Below the pieces are notes generated by a model. It did not search any database. It saw only the letters and a list, made by a program, of their open reading frames with translations, and was not told where the DNA came from. From Fidelibacterota bacterium (GTDB taxonomy: Bacteria > Fidelibacterota > UBA8477), in contig JAIPJR010000001.1 in assembly GCA_021734045.1 (NCBI GenBank), positions 5,901-69,900 of the forward strand: DNA of 64,000 nucleotides, given 5' to 3'. Below are positions 48,111 to 58,633 of this stretch, piece after piece (position 1 is the first letter of the stretch; every line of letters begins with the position of its first letter). The position numbers were made by a program, and so were the translations under genes.

Positions 48111-48168
48111 TCTCCAATTGCGTGAATTCGAAATCGCATCCGGCACCACCCAATCTTATATTCACCCC

Positions 48169-49128
48169 ATGGCAAAACGCACCCACCGTGGAAATCTACA
48201 GGCAATCATTGTATCGGTAATCGTGGCCATTTTCCTCTGGTTCTTTGTGGTCACCGATGTGGTGTATTTTTATGACATTGACGTGCCTCTCAAGGTCATC
48301 GGGCTTACAGAAAATAAAGCACTGGTAAAACCCATCCCGGAGACGGTAAAAATGCGGTTCCGCGGCAAAGGTCAGGTGCTCATCTGGGCTTACTTTACCA
48401 TGCCAATGTCCGAATCCTCTGTATTTCTGGATGTTTCAAAGGTTCACCGGCTTCAGGAATATCAACTTAATACCTATTTTGAACAGCATCCCGACCTGTT
48501 GGTTCTGCCACGCGATTTCGATCTGGATTTCATCAATGTTGTAAGCCCTGAGACGGTTTGGGTACACCTGGAAGAACGCGTGACCCGCAAAATAGCCGTG
48601 GCACCCCAGGTGGATATACAGGCAGCACCGGGGTACATGATTGTAGGGGGTATGCGCTACTCACCCGATTCTATTGAGGTGACTGGAGCCGAGACACTGG
48701 TGGAGCAAATCCGGGTGTTGAAAACCGCCCCGCTTGCTCTGACCGATGTGGTGAATGACATTTTCATGGATCTGCCAGTGAAATTGGAGACCCACCAACC
48801 ACTATCTTACTCCGATAATAAAATTCATGTGACTGCAGATGTACAAAGTATCGGTATGCGTCAAATTGAGAATATTCCGGTGCAGATTATCAATGTACCT
48901 GCCGGTTTACGGCCCGTTGCAATCCCGGATCATATCAATTTAACGATTGAAGGAGGACAGGATATCTTATTGACGCTTGGTCGGGAAAATTTTCGCGTCA
49001 CCTTTGATTTTGAAGCGCGCTGGTTGCCGGATGTGCGTCGGTATGCGCCGGAGATTGAAACACCGCACGGGGTCCAGCGTATCAGCAGTGTTTATCCGGA
49101 AAAAGTTGAAATTGTTTTGCGTCAATGA
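48169..49128 (+). CDS. YbbR-like domain protein (CdaR-like)
   Basis: N-terminal TM anchor (MAKRTHRGNLQAIIVSVIVAIFLWFFVV) followed by repeated YbbR-like beta-rich segments. Overlaps the tsaD start by 4 nt. ATG 48169 is preferred because the GTG at 48118 abuts the upstream terminator. Confidence 0.6.
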   Translation: MAKRTHRGNLQAIIVSVIVAIFLWFFVVTDVVYFYDIDVPLKVIGLTENKALVKPIPETVKMRFRGKGQVLIWAYFTMPMSESSVFLDVSKVHRLQEYQLNTYFEQHPDLLVLPRDFDLDFINVVSPETVWVHLEERVTRKIAVAPQVDIQAAPGYMIVGGMRYSPDSIEVTGAETLVEQIRVLKTAPLALTDVVNDIFMDLPVKLETHQPLSYSDNKIHVTADVQSIGMRQIENIPVQIINVPAGLRPVAIPDHINLTIEGGQDILLTLGRENFRVTFDFEARWLPDVRRYAPEIETPHGVQRISSVYPEKVEIVLRQ

Positions 49129-50141
49129 GTCTTAACACCCCCGTCATCCTTGGAATCGAAACATCGTGTGATGAAACCGCTGCCGCCATCGTAGCGGGTC
49201 CTGAATTAAAAAGCCACGTCGCCGCTTCGCAGATCGTGCACCAGGCTTACGGCGGCGTCGTGCCGGAGTATGCCAGTCGGGAGCACGAAAAATTATTAGC
49301 GCCGGTGGTGGAAAATACAATGTCTCAGGCGCATGTGACCTGGTGGGATATTGATGGGATTGCGGTAACCCGGGGACCGGGTCTGGCTGGCTCGCTGCTG
49401 GTGGGTCTGAGTTACGCCAAAGGCCTGGCAGTAGCATTGGACAAGCCGGTACTGGGTATTAACCACATTGAAGGTCATATCTTCGCCAATTTCATCGGTC
49501 AGGAAGAATTGCCAACACCGTTTTTGTGTCTGCTGGTGTCGGGCGGACATACCCAACTCATCCATGTGAAAGATATTCAAAACTATCGTCTGATTGGCCA
49601 GACCCGGGACGATGCTGCTGGTGAGGCTTTTGACAAAGTCGCCCGCATGCTGGGAATTGGTTACCCGGGTGGGCCGCTCATAGACCGTTTGAGTCAGGAT
49701 GGTGATCCGGATTTTATCGCCTTTCCCCGATCCCGGTTTGAAGGAAGTTACGATTTTTCATTTTCCGGACTTAAAACCGCCGTTTTGTACTACCTGCAGA
49801 AGCAGTCCAATGCATTCATAAAATCCCACCTGGCCGATATTGCCGCCAGTTTTCAGCAGGCGGTGGTGTCTGTGCTGGTTGAGCGCGCATTGCAAGCGGC
49901 TGCTGATTTAAATTTGGATCGCTTGGTATTAGCTGGTGGTGTAGCTGCTAATTCCGCCCTGCGACGGCTTGTGGATGAACAGGCTCCGGCGCAAATGACC
50001 ATTTACCAGCCGGATTTACGCTATTGTACGGATAATGCCGCCATGATTGCCTACATGGGTTTTTGGAAATACCGTAACAGCCAGGAATCTGAGTTGTCTA
50101 TCCCCGCCTTCCCCAATCTGAAACTCAGTTTTGGAACCTAG
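49125..50141 (+). CDS. tsaD: tRNA N6-adenosine threonylcarbamoyltransferase TsaD (Kae1/Gcp family)
   Basis: Conserved motifs ILGIETSCDETAAAIV, GGVVPE, metal-binding HxxxH (INHIEGHIF) and GGVAAN. 338 aa. Confidence 0.9.
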   Translation: MSLNTPVILGIETSCDETAAAIVAGPELKSHVAASQIVHQAYGGVVPEYASREHEKLLAPVVENTMSQAHVTWWDIDGIAVTRGPGLAGSLLVGLSYAKGLAVALDKPVLGINHIEGHIFANFIGQEELPTPFLCLLVSGGHTQLIHVKDIQNYRLIGQTRDDAAGEAFDKVARMLGIGYPGGPLIDRLSQDGDPDFIAFPRSRFEGSYDFSFSGLKTAVLYYLQKQSNAFIKSHLADIAASFQQAVVSVLVERALQAAADLNLDRLVLAGGVAANSALRRLVDEQAPAQMTIYQPDLRYCTDNAAMIAYMGFWKYRNSQESELSIPAFPNLKLSFGT

Positions 50142-52241
50142 GTGCTGGTTTTCGCCGAAATAAACACCCATTTTGATTTTCACGGCAACCTGGGGTGGTT
50201 GCTGCTGGCGCTTGTCCTTTTCACGGCGTGGATTTGGTACACCCATCGCCAGGCAAAACAAGCGCCGACAACCCTGCAAGGGCTGGAATGGTTATGGATT
50301 TTGCGTGGCATTTCTGTTGTTTTGTTACTGCTACTATTTTTCGCGCCCGAGATGCGGTTCGCATACTCGGAGTCCAAGGAAAAAGAAGTACTCGTACTGG
50401 TTGATAACTCTGCCAGTATGCCATTAGCATGGGATGAAGACTGGGATGCTGTCAGAGAAGAAACAGCGCAATTTTTTAATAATTTGAGTAAAAGCCATTC
50501 GGTCAGGACAGCGGCAATGTCAAATCAAGGTGACGCAGCCAGCGCAGATTTTTCACAAATAATATTCGATGGCGAATCCAGCATTTTTCCCTCCAAATTT
50601 CCATTTAACGACATGGATCGGTTCTCAGCAGTGATTGCTTTTACTGATGGGCAGTTCAATGTGGGACCTTCTCCGCTGGATGTGGAATGGCTGAAAGCGT
50701 TGCCGATTTACCCGGTTTTACCAGCTGAGCCCAAATCACCGGAGGGGCTTAAAATTGTTGAGTTGATTGCGCCGGATGGGATTGCCGTATCGGACTCACT
50801 CCCGTTTCAATTGACCTGGCGACGCATGGGGAATCTTCCTGCTGAGTTGGAAATTTCTGTACAGAATGAAACAACCCAGCAGATGCTCCTGAGTCACTCA
50901 CTGACACAGACGCGGGAATTGAAAACATTTGTTTCCAAATTACGATTCCGGCAACCTGGACTGCAGCGCTTGAATTTTCAATTAGCCACCACCGATGGTC
51001 AATTTACCACCAATATTTCGAAAACGATCAGAGTGAGGAAATCCCGGCGTCACGTTTTACTTATCTCCGATGTTCTCACACCCCTGGTGACCGTGCTTCA
51101 GCGAAGTTTACCAGACTCGCTCTTTTCAGTGGAATCGTTGATAAAGTCTAAACAAGGTGGCTTTGTCTCGGGAAAAGACCCCCGGATCGTCAATACACCA
51201 GACCTGATTCTGCTGGTTGATCACGGGGATTTAGTCCTAAATGATGATACAAGGGAATTAGTCAGCCGGGTGTATGCCGATTCCATCCCAACCGTCATTT
51301 TTAATTTGAATAACAGTCAGTTATCAACTGCCATTCCGGGACTCCAGATGCGTGGTAATCTTGAGGAGAATGAATTCACACCATTTTTGGCCCAGGAGGG
51401 CAAGCGCCATCCTCTCGGAATACTGGCAACCGCCATAACATCCACCGGTCGGGGTGAGTCAGATTTTTGGACCTCATTGCCGCCCCTGCAGTCGGGCAAT
51501 CAGATACTCTGGGTTGACGGTGTACGGGTCTTCGAAAAAATCGTCTCACCTGAACCAGTCCCCGTGATTACCCTGGACGAAAAACGACCGCTACTGGTGC
51601 TCAACGGGACCGGATATTGGCGCTGGTTTTTCCGACCACCGGGGATGATGCAATTCAATCAGTACTGGGAGCAAGTGGTTACCTACCTGTTGAATCGAAA
51701 ATACCTGAAGTTGGTATCCCTCAATCTACAGAATGAGGCGATTCATGTGGGGGAGCAAGTGCCGGTCCATCTCCAGGTGCGTGATGTCCAGGGGGCACCG
51801 CTGGATCAAGGCAGTGTATCATTGTATCAGGTTGAACAGTCCAACGGCACATCCCAATCGTTAGCCGTGTGGCGTGTTGCCCCCGGCTTATACCGTTCGG
51901 CATTAAAGACTAGTGAAAAAGGGCGATACACGCTGATTGGCCGGGCTGAACGAGGCGGGAATGTCTGGGGGCAGGATAGTCTGGAGGTACAGGTTGCTGC
52001 ATACTCGGCGGAAACGCAGGTTACGGGAGTGAATCAACCTTTATTGCAGCGACTGGCGGCAAATTCCGGTGGTCATGTGCTGGGACCGGATGACTTGAAT
52101 GATATCCGACTTCCTGCTGGTGAATACACCACTTGGCATGAATTTATATGGCCGGGATTGAACCGTGTCTGGGTCATGTTTTTATTAATTCTGGCGTTTG
52201 GCATGGAATGGATTTTCCGGCGCCGTATGGGGTTAATGTAG
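50142..52241 (+). CDS. Membrane-anchored vWA-domain protein with N-terminal double-TM segment (BatA-like architecture)
   Basis: Two N-terminal TM helices, then the MIDAS-like motif LVLVDNSASM (DxSxS), then a long extracytoplasmic C-terminal region and a final TM/hydrophobic segment (…VWVMFLLILAFGMEWIF). 699 aa. GTG start. Confidence 0.55.
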   Translation: MLVFAEINTHFDFHGNLGWLLLALVLFTAWIWYTHRQAKQAPTTLQGLEWLWILRGISVVLLLLLFFAPEMRFAYSESKEKEVLVLVDNSASMPLAWDEDWDAVREETAQFFNNLSKSHSVRTAAMSNQGDAASADFSQIIFDGESSIFPSKFPFNDMDRFSAVIAFTDGQFNVGPSPLDVEWLKALPIYPVLPAEPKSPEGLKIVELIAPDGIAVSDSLPFQLTWRRMGNLPAELEISVQNETTQQMLLSHSLTQTRELKTFVSKLRFRQPGLQRLNFQLATTDGQFTTNISKTIRVRKSRRHVLLISDVLTPLVTVLQRSLPDSLFSVESLIKSKQGGFVSGKDPRIVNTPDLILLVDHGDLVLNDDTRELVSRVYADSIPTVIFNLNNSQLSTAIPGLQMRGNLEENEFTPFLAQEGKRHPLGILATAITSTGRGESDFWTSLPPLQSGNQILWVDGVRVFEKIVSPEPVPVITLDEKRPLLVLNGTGYWRWFFRPPGMMQFNQYWEQVVTYLLNRKYLKLVSLNLQNEAIHVGEQVPVHLQVRDVQGAPLDQGSVSLYQVEQSNGTSQSLAVWRVAPGLYRSALKTSEKGRYTLIGRAERGGNVWGQDSLEVQVAAYSAETQVTGVNQPLLQRLAANSGGHVLGPDDLNDIRLPAGEYTTWHEFIWPGLNRVWVMFLLILAFGMEWIFRRRMGLM

Positions 52242-52338
52242 TGGTAATGCTGTTTGAGTCTTTGCCGCGAACGACTATATTCGGGCGCTTTTAATGGGGG
52301 AGAAAAAATGCGAGTAGCAATCAGGTGGAACAGGTAGT

Positions 52339-53652
52339 ATGAAGCGAATTTGTGTAATTGGAACCGGGTATGTGGGGTTGGTGTCAGGCGCCGGCTTGGC
52401 GGATTTTGGCAATGAAGTTATTTGCAGTGATATTGATGCGGAAAAAATTCAGCAGCTGCAGCAGGGGGTTATTCCCATTTATGAACCGGGGTTGAAGGAG
52501 CTGGTTGATCGCAATGTGAAAGCCAAACGGTTGAAATTTACCGCCGATGTTCCGGAAGCGATTCGAAATTCTGAGGTAATTTTCACCGCGGTGGGGACAC
52601 CCATGGGACAGGATGGTGAAGCGGATTTGAGTGCCGTTGAAGCGGTTGCCAAGACTGTCGCCCAGAACCTGAACAGCTACAAGTTGATCTGCACCAAGAG
52701 CACGGTCCCCGTGGGTACGGGTGAAAAGATCAAGCGTATTATTGCCACATTCAAGAACAATGGGAATGAGTTTGATGTTGTTTCCAACCCCGAGTTTTTA
52801 CGGGAAGGCTCTGCGGTTGGCGATTTCCTGATACCGGACCGGGTTGTAATTGGTGTGGACAGCCCCCGGGCAGAGAAGGTCATGCGTGAGGTGTACCGCA
52901 CATTGTTTATCAATGAAACCCCCATGGTGATTACCAATATTCCAACGGCGGAATTGATTAAGTACGCCTCCAATGCTTTTTTGGCCGTAAAAATTTCTTT
53001 TATCAACGAGATGTCCAACCTGGCCGATGCTGCGGGTGCTGATGTCCATGTGATTGCCAAGGCAATGGGATTGGATGGGCGGATTTCATCCAAATTTCTC
53101 CATCCCGGTCCGGGATACGGCGGGAGCTGTTTCCCCAAGGACACCAATGCTTTGGCAAAAACTGCCCATGACCTGGGAATCAGGATGGAGGTGGTGAATG
53201 CCGCCATCCGGGCCAATGCCAATCAGCGTGAATCGGTTCTGGAGCGCATCCGTTCTTTGATGCCGGAACTTGCAGGGAAACGCGTAGCTGTTCTGGGCTT
53301 GGCTTTCAAACCGAACACGGATGATGTCCGTGATACACCGGCAGAGGAAATTGTAAAGGGACTGCGACGCATGGGAGCGGATGTGGTAGGTTATGATCCT
53401 ATCGCGGCAGATAATTTCAAAAAATACTATGATCCAGAGCTGGAAATTAAAGAAAGCGTCTGGGATGCGGTGGAAGGTGCCGACCTCACGGTGATTCTCA
53501 CCGAATGGAATGAGTTGCGCGGACTGGACTTACCACTGCTGAAAGAAAAAATGCGACAGCCTTTTGTGGTGGACGGTCGAAACATCCTGAGTGTTGAAGA
53601 ATTGAAGTCGCTGGGATTTTCCTACCGCAATATGGGGCGCAGCAAAATTTAA
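52339..53652 (+). CDS. ugd: UDP-glucose 6-dehydrogenase
   Basis: N-terminal Rossmann fold (MKRICVIGTGYVGLVSGAGLA) and catalytic Cys motif (GFSYGGSCFPKD-like, here PGYGGSCFPKD). 437 aa. Confidence 0.85.
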   Translation: MKRICVIGTGYVGLVSGAGLADFGNEVICSDIDAEKIQQLQQGVIPIYEPGLKELVDRNVKAKRLKFTADVPEAIRNSEVIFTAVGTPMGQDGEADLSAVEAVAKTVAQNLNSYKLICTKSTVPVGTGEKIKRIIATFKNNGNEFDVVSNPEFLREGSAVGDFLIPDRVVIGVDSPRAEKVMREVYRTLFINETPMVITNIPTAELIKYASNAFLAVKISFINEMSNLADAAGADVHVIAKAMGLDGRISSKFLHPGPGYGGSCFPKDTNALAKTAHDLGIRMEVVNAAIRANANQRESVLERIRSLMPELAGKRVAVLGLAFKPNTDDVRDTPAEEIVKGLRRMGADVVGYDPIAADNFKKYYDPELEIKESVWDAVEGADLTVILTEWNELRGLDLPLLKEKMRQPFVVDGRNILSVEELKSLGFSYRNMGRSKI

Positions 53653-53675
53653 TACACACAATATTCTGAGAGTCG

Positions 53676-54992
53676 TTGAACATGCAAGAACTACTGAAAA
53701 AAATTGAGACAAAAGAAGCGGTCTTTGGCGTCATCGGGCTGGGTTATGTGGGATTACCTTTGGCGGTGGAATTTGCCAACGCGGGCATGAAGGTCATTGG
53801 CATTGATGTGGATGAAGAGCGGGTGGCCAAAATCAACCGAGGTGAGAATTTCATTCAAGATGTGGATGATGACGAACTAGCTGCGGCCGTAAAAAATGGC
53901 AAGCTGGCCGCCACCACGGATTACAGCAGTCTGCGGCACATTGATGCGCTGAGTATCGCCGTGCCCACACCATTGAATAAGACCAAGGATCCGGATATCA
54001 GCTTTATTCTCCAGGTGAATGAGCAGATCGGTAAATATCTGCACAAAGACCTGGTGGTTATCTTGGAAAGCACCACCTATCCCGGAACCACGCGTGAACT
54101 CATTCTGCCGACACTGGAATCTACAGGTTTACGGGTCGGCAAAGATGTATTTCTGCTCTTTAGTCCTGAGCGCGTGGACCCGGGTAATCCCGTTTACCAC
54201 ACGGAAAATACACCCAAGGTGATTGGTGGCATGACGGAGAGCTGTCTGAAATTAGGTGTGGCGTTGTATTCGCATGTATTTGAAAAGCTGGTTCCTGTGA
54301 GCAGCCCCGAAGCGGCAGAGTTGGCTAAATTGCTGGAAAACACGTTCCGTAGTATTAACATTGGCTTGGTGAATGAAATGGCTATGATGTGTGATCGGCT
54401 TGGCGTGGATGTGTGGGAGGTGATAGACGCCGCCGCGACCAAACCCTTTGGCTTTATGAAATTTACACCGGGTCCGGGTCTGGGTGGACATTGTATCCCC
54501 ATTGATCCCCACTATCTCTCATGGAAAATGCGTACGCTGAACTACCGAGCGCGCTTTATCGAATTGGCCGGTGAGATCAATGCGGAAATGCCTAATTATG
54601 TGGTGGATTTGGTGATTGAAGGGTTAAACCGTCAGGGTAAGAGCGTGAAAGGCTCGAAAATATTGTTGCTGGGTATGGCGTACAAACCTGATATCGATGA
54701 TGTCCGCGAATCCCCGGCATTGGATGTTCATGCACTCCTGAAAACCCGGGGTGCTCAGGTTGATTTTAATGATCCTTATGTGGAAAAGGTGAGGTTCGAC
54801 GGGATTTATGCCGAATCTGTACCCTTGGATGAAGCCACACTGTCCGAGTATGACTGTGTGGTGGTGACCACGAATCACAAAGTATATGATATGGACATGA
54901 TCGCGAAACATGCCCGATTAATTATCGATACGCGGAATTCCACAGCTCACCTGAAAAATGAGAATATCATTCGCTTGGGAGCGGCCGGATAA
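53676..54992 (+). CDS. Nucleotide-sugar dehydrogenase (UDP-N-acetyl-D-mannosamine / UDP-N-acetylglucosamine 6-dehydrogenase, WecC/Cap5O-like)
   Basis: A second UDP-glucose/GDP-mannose dehydrogenase family member (VIGLGYVGLPLAVEFA…, …PGPGLGGHCIPIDP…). The sequence is closer to the WecC/CapL type than to Ugd. Confidence 0.7.
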   Translation: MNMQELLKKIETKEAVFGVIGLGYVGLPLAVEFANAGMKVIGIDVDEERVAKINRGENFIQDVDDDELAAAVKNGKLAATTDYSSLRHIDALSIAVPTPLNKTKDPDISFILQVNEQIGKYLHKDLVVILESTTYPGTTRELILPTLESTGLRVGKDVFLLFSPERVDPGNPVYHTENTPKVIGGMTESCLKLGVALYSHVFEKLVPVSSPEAAELAKLLENTFRSINIGLVNEMAMMCDRLGVDVWEVIDAAATKPFGFMKFTPGPGLGGHCIPIDPHYLSWKMRTLNYRARFIELAGEINAEMPNYVVDLVIEGLNRQGKSVKGSKILLLGMAYKPDIDDVRESPALDVHALLKTRGAQVDFNDPYVEKVRFDGIYAESVPLDEATLSEYDCVVVTTNHKVYDMDMIAKHARLIIDTRNSTAHLKNENIIRLGAAG

Positions 54993-54993
54993 C

Positions 54994-56184
54994 ATGCGAC
55001 GATTGATTCTTCTCTGCACTTTGGTTCTCCCGTTGCTTGTTTACGGACAGCGTTTTGGAACCTCCCAAACGCCCGGCGACCAGCGGACGGTCATCACACC
55101 GGAGCAGCCATCGGAGAACCCTATTCCGGTTGAATTAATTGCATTGGAAAGACCGGTTGACCCGAAGAGTTATCGCGTGGGACCGGGTGATCAGATTGCC
55201 ATCAGTATTCAAACCAGTGAAATGCTTGATAAAGTTTTAACCATCAGCCCTACAGGATATTTAATGATTCCGGGTGTAGGGAAGGTTGATCTGCGAAATT
55301 TAACACTGGATGCTACTATCGAACGAATCAATCAGGCAATACTGTTGAATTTTAAAAACGCCCGGGTGAATAGTGAACTGGTTGGCTTGCGTAAGTTCAA
55401 AATAGCGATTGTGGGTGCGGTCAAAACTCCCGGCTATTACACGGTATCCGCGGTGAACCGGGTTTCCGATGTGATTGAATTGGCGGAACCCCGTCAGATG
55501 GCATTACTGAATCAGGTGGAATTGGAGCGGATTGATGGGAGTGTGTTGAACCTTGATATCACGAATTTTTACGCACAGGGCGATCTTCATCATAACCCAC
55601 AACTGACCGAGGGTGATCGGATCCGGGTGAAGTATGGAGACTTGGATGAGCATGCTATCGTTATTCGGGGAGCGGTACAGAACACCGGATATGATTATTT
55701 AAAACCTGGTGAAACATTGGGTGAGCTGATTGCCCGACGCATTGATTTCCGTTCCAATGCTGATCTGGAGAATATCAAGATTGTTCGTAGGGTGAGCGGC
55801 TCAATAGAATTTATTACGGTGGCACCAGAGGAATTCAGTGCCTTCAAGCTCCAGCCAGGGGATGATATTGAATTTTTATATGAAAAACCGGTGAATGTGC
55901 AGGGGTACGTGGCCTCCTCGGGATCGTTCAATTTTATCCCCGGCTACACGGCGGCGGATTATGTCACCCTGGCGGGTGGCTTGTTGCCTTCGGGTACGAT
56001 GAATGGTATTAAAATATCCCGGGTAGACGGCGCGGTTCTGCACGGTGAAGATGTGGTCATTCAGCGGGGAGATATTATTGAAGTGCCCAGATCGTGGATG
56101 AATATTGCATTTGGTGAAATAAGTGTTATCGAATTTTTCTCAACCATGGCGACATTAGTATTAGCTATTCTTGCAGTGAAGTGA
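54994..56184 (+). CDS. wza: Polysaccharide export outer-membrane protein (Wza family)
   Basis: Signal peptide (MRRLILLCTLVLPLLVYGQ), polysaccharide-export motif (YRVGPGDQIAISI…), repeated SLBB-like domains, and a C-terminal amphipathic helix (…FFSTMATLVLAILAVK). Confidence 0.8.
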   Translation: MRRLILLCTLVLPLLVYGQRFGTSQTPGDQRTVITPEQPSENPIPVELIALERPVDPKSYRVGPGDQIAISIQTSEMLDKVLTISPTGYLMIPGVGKVDLRNLTLDATIERINQAILLNFKNARVNSELVGLRKFKIAIVGAVKTPGYYTVSAVNRVSDVIELAEPRQMALLNQVELERIDGSVLNLDITNFYAQGDLHHNPQLTEGDRIRVKYGDLDEHAIVIRGAVQNTGYDYLKPGETLGELIARRIDFRSNADLENIKIVRRVSGSIEFITVAPEEFSAFKLQPGDDIEFLYEKPVNVQGYVASSGSFNFIPGYTAADYVTLAGGLLPSGTMNGIKISRVDGAVLHGEDVVIQRGDIIEVPRSWMNIAFGEISVIEFFSTMATLVLAILAVK

Positions 56185-56190
56185 TTTAGT

Positions 56191-57330
56191 ATGCATAATT
56201 CTGGTACCGAAAAAAAAGATATCAAGCCGATAAATAAATTAATTTTAGTTCTTTATACATACCGTAAAGGATTTGTTATATCAAATTTTATTGTAGGTAT
56301 TTTAGGACTAATAATCGCATTTAATCTACCACTATGGTACAGAAGTACTGGCTTGGTTTTGGTACAGCAGGAATCAAATACCTCCAGTATCGCCTCAATG
56401 ATTGCACAGGTTGCACCATTTCCTACCATGCTTAGCTCAGGAGATAAAGTCATGCAATATATGGGGCTGCTGACATCTCAAAACGTGTTGGATTCCATAA
56501 TTGAAAAATATAATTTGAAAGAATTATACAAAAAACAGACAAAATTCCACACGTACCAGGCTGTAAAATCGCATCTATCACTTGAAGATAGGCAGGATGG
56601 TACTTTCTCAATATCGTATCTGGTAAAGGAGAACCCGGAACTAGCAGCTAAAATCGTTAATAGTTTTTATGCTGAATTGAATAAATTAATATTAAAAATC
56701 AATCGATCAAAAGCGGTTGATTACAGAACTTATTTGAGTCAAAGTTATAATGTTGCCAATCAGAGACTGGAAAACCTACTAGAGGAATTTAGAGAATTTC
56801 AAGACAGTACAGGAATCGTGTCCATTGAGGAACAGATAAAATCTTCTTTGCTGGGTCTAGCAGATTTGGAGGCACGAAGATTAACAAATCGGATTGAATT
56901 AGAGTATGCGCAGAAAACATTAGGCGAAGATGATCCTACAGTCTTATCCATTGAACAAAGACTTGATGCAATTGCCCGAGAAATCCATAAATATCGTACA
57001 AGCGGTGAATATTCAAATATACCAATTATTTCTATACCTGAAGCAAGTATTTCTTATATGAATCATTATCGTACTGTCGAAGTTCAAGTTAAGGTCGTTG
57101 AATATCTTGCGTTACAATTGGAGCAAGCCAAACTGGAAGAACAAAAACAATCTGCTAATCTTTATCTCGTGAATCCGGCTCAACCAGCCGACTATAAATC
57201 AGAACCGAAACGTTTGAATGTACTCATTACAATATTATTCTTTTTTAATGTTGCATTTATGCTTTATTATTTAATAAAAGACTACTATTCACGTAATAAA
57301 TCTGAACTTACCACTATTTTACACTCGTGA
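56191..57330 (+). CDS. wzz: Polysaccharide chain-length determinant protein (Wzz/PCP family)
   Basis: N-terminal TM helix, a long coiled-coil periplasmic region, and a C-terminal TM helix (…LNVLITILFFFNVAFMLYYLI). 379 aa. AT-rich gene. Confidence 0.7.
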   Translation: MHNSGTEKKDIKPINKLILVLYTYRKGFVISNFIVGILGLIIAFNLPLWYRSTGLVLVQQESNTSSIASMIAQVAPFPTMLSSGDKVMQYMGLLTSQNVLDSIIEKYNLKELYKKQTKFHTYQAVKSHLSLEDRQDGTFSISYLVKENPELAAKIVNSFYAELNKLILKINRSKAVDYRTYLSQSYNVANQRLENLLEEFREFQDSTGIVSIEEQIKSSLLGLADLEARRLTNRIELEYAQKTLGEDDPTVLSIEQRLDAIAREIHKYRTSGEYSNIPIISIPEASISYMNHYRTVEVQVKVVEYLALQLEQAKLEEQKQSANLYLVNPAQPADYKSEPKRLNVLITILFFFNVAFMLYYLIKDYYSRNKSELTTILHS

Positions 57331-58619
57331 GTGGAAGAAATTTTTATTTACATCTGCCGATATTAGTATTTGCTGTTATTTGGCTCACAGTTATCTCACT
57401 ATATTTTAATAATCCATATAATTTTCCGAGTTTACTTAGTGAAACCAAACTAATCTTGTTCTCGGGAATTTTATCTGTATTCGCAGGTTATTATCTGGTA
57501 CATTATTTTACCACTTCTTTGGATAATAAAATACAACAAACAAAGGGTGCTTTGGTTGTGTTTGATGAAAAAAAAATGATGACCATAACTGGTATAATGA
57601 CAATATTACCAATAATAGGTGTCATTTTAGCTTTTATTTTTATCCTTGAGCTGGTTGGTGGAGCTGAAAATTTTTTCACGCGCCCTTTGTATGTTCGTCA
57701 TTTGATTGTTGAATTTCAGAGAAGCACTCTGAGTAATTGGTCACTAGCATTTTCTGTATCGAACTATTTTATTAGCGTAGTTTATGTATGTAATTTATTG
57801 GGTGGTGTTGTTTTTAATTTCAGCAGTAAATGGCGATATATTGGGCTTTTACCGATAGTCGTTGGCGCGATTGCCAGTGCATTATTTATTCGACGTTATG
57901 TCTTTATAAATGCAGCATCATTCTGGTTGATAAGTTTATTGTTCTCATCTTATTATTACCCCCAAGTACTGAGGAGAAAAATACTTCGCAGGTTTAGAAT
58001 GATCTTGATGATTATTGGCATCGTATTTTTTGGATTTACAATTGTCATACTTACTTTGCGAGCCGTTACTGACACAGGTATGGCTGATTATTTTATTGAG
58101 AGTATTCTGTCTTATTACACTGGTGGTGTTGGTGCTTTCAATCAGATGGTTACAAACAATTACGATTACACGTGGGGAACTACCACCTTTAGAAGCATTT
58201 TTAAGTGGCTTGACAGGTTGCATCTTTGGGATTTAGATAGAATCGTAGGCAGTCAATTGGAATTTGTTCGCGTTGGCAGAACCTGGCTAAACACATACAC
58301 CTACGCGTACAGTTTCTTTCGTGATTTTGGATTAATAGGGGTATTAATCATGTCGTTAATTTGGGGAGGATTAACAAGATACATTATGGGGTTGACCTTT
58401 AACAAATATTCATTTGTGAAGTTGTTTTGGAGTGTTTCACTCACGTTTTCTTTTTTAATGTCTTTTTATTCATTCTTTTTTGATGGGCTTACGACTATTG
58501 TATTCTGGGCACTTATTGCTTGGTTAGTCGACAGATTTATGCGGAAGCATGATGTATACCTGATAAGTAGTCCCGTTATTGAGGCCAACCAAAATTCCTT
58601 GAGTTTACAAAATCATTAA
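57327..58619 (+). CDS. wzy: O-antigen/oligosaccharide polymerase (Wzy-like)
   Basis: 430-aa polytopic membrane protein with about 10-12 TM helices and one larger loop. Sits between wzz and the glycosyltransferase gene. AT-rich. Confidence 0.6.
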   Translation: MSGRNFYLHLPILVFAVIWLTVISLYFNNPYNFPSLLSETKLILFSGILSVFAGYYLVHYFTTSLDNKIQQTKGALVVFDEKKMMTITGIMTILPIIGVILAFIFILELVGGAENFFTRPLYVRHLIVEFQRSTLSNWSLAFSVSNYFISVVYVCNLLGGVVFNFSSKWRYIGLLPIVVGAIASALFIRRYVFINAASFWLISLLFSSYYYPQVLRRKILRRFRMILMIIGIVFFGFTIVILTLRAVTDTGMADYFIESILSYYTGGVGAFNQMVTNNYDYTWGTTTFRSIFKWLDRLHLWDLDRIVGSQLEFVRVGRTWLNTYTYAYSFFRDFGLIGVLIMSLIWGGLTRYIMGLTFNKYSFVKLFWSVSLTFSFLMSFYSFFFDGLTTIVFWALIAWLVDRFMRKHDVYLISSPVIEANQNSLSLQNH

Positions 58620-58633
58620 TACGAAACGGTATT

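Noticed and set aside
47514-48125. 203-aa + strand ORF (KPKPNPNPNRNRK…) and the 146-aa minus-strand ORF at 47602-48042 overlapping the 3' end of cmk-rpsA
   Set aside because: These are alternative-frame or antisense translations of the hexanucleotide repeat tail. They have no start-site support and are entirely low-complexity.
52242-52338. JUMPstart/ops-like antitermination element upstream of ugd
   Set aside because: No GGCGGTAGnnT ops core or JUMPstart-like conserved block was found in the 97-nt leader.
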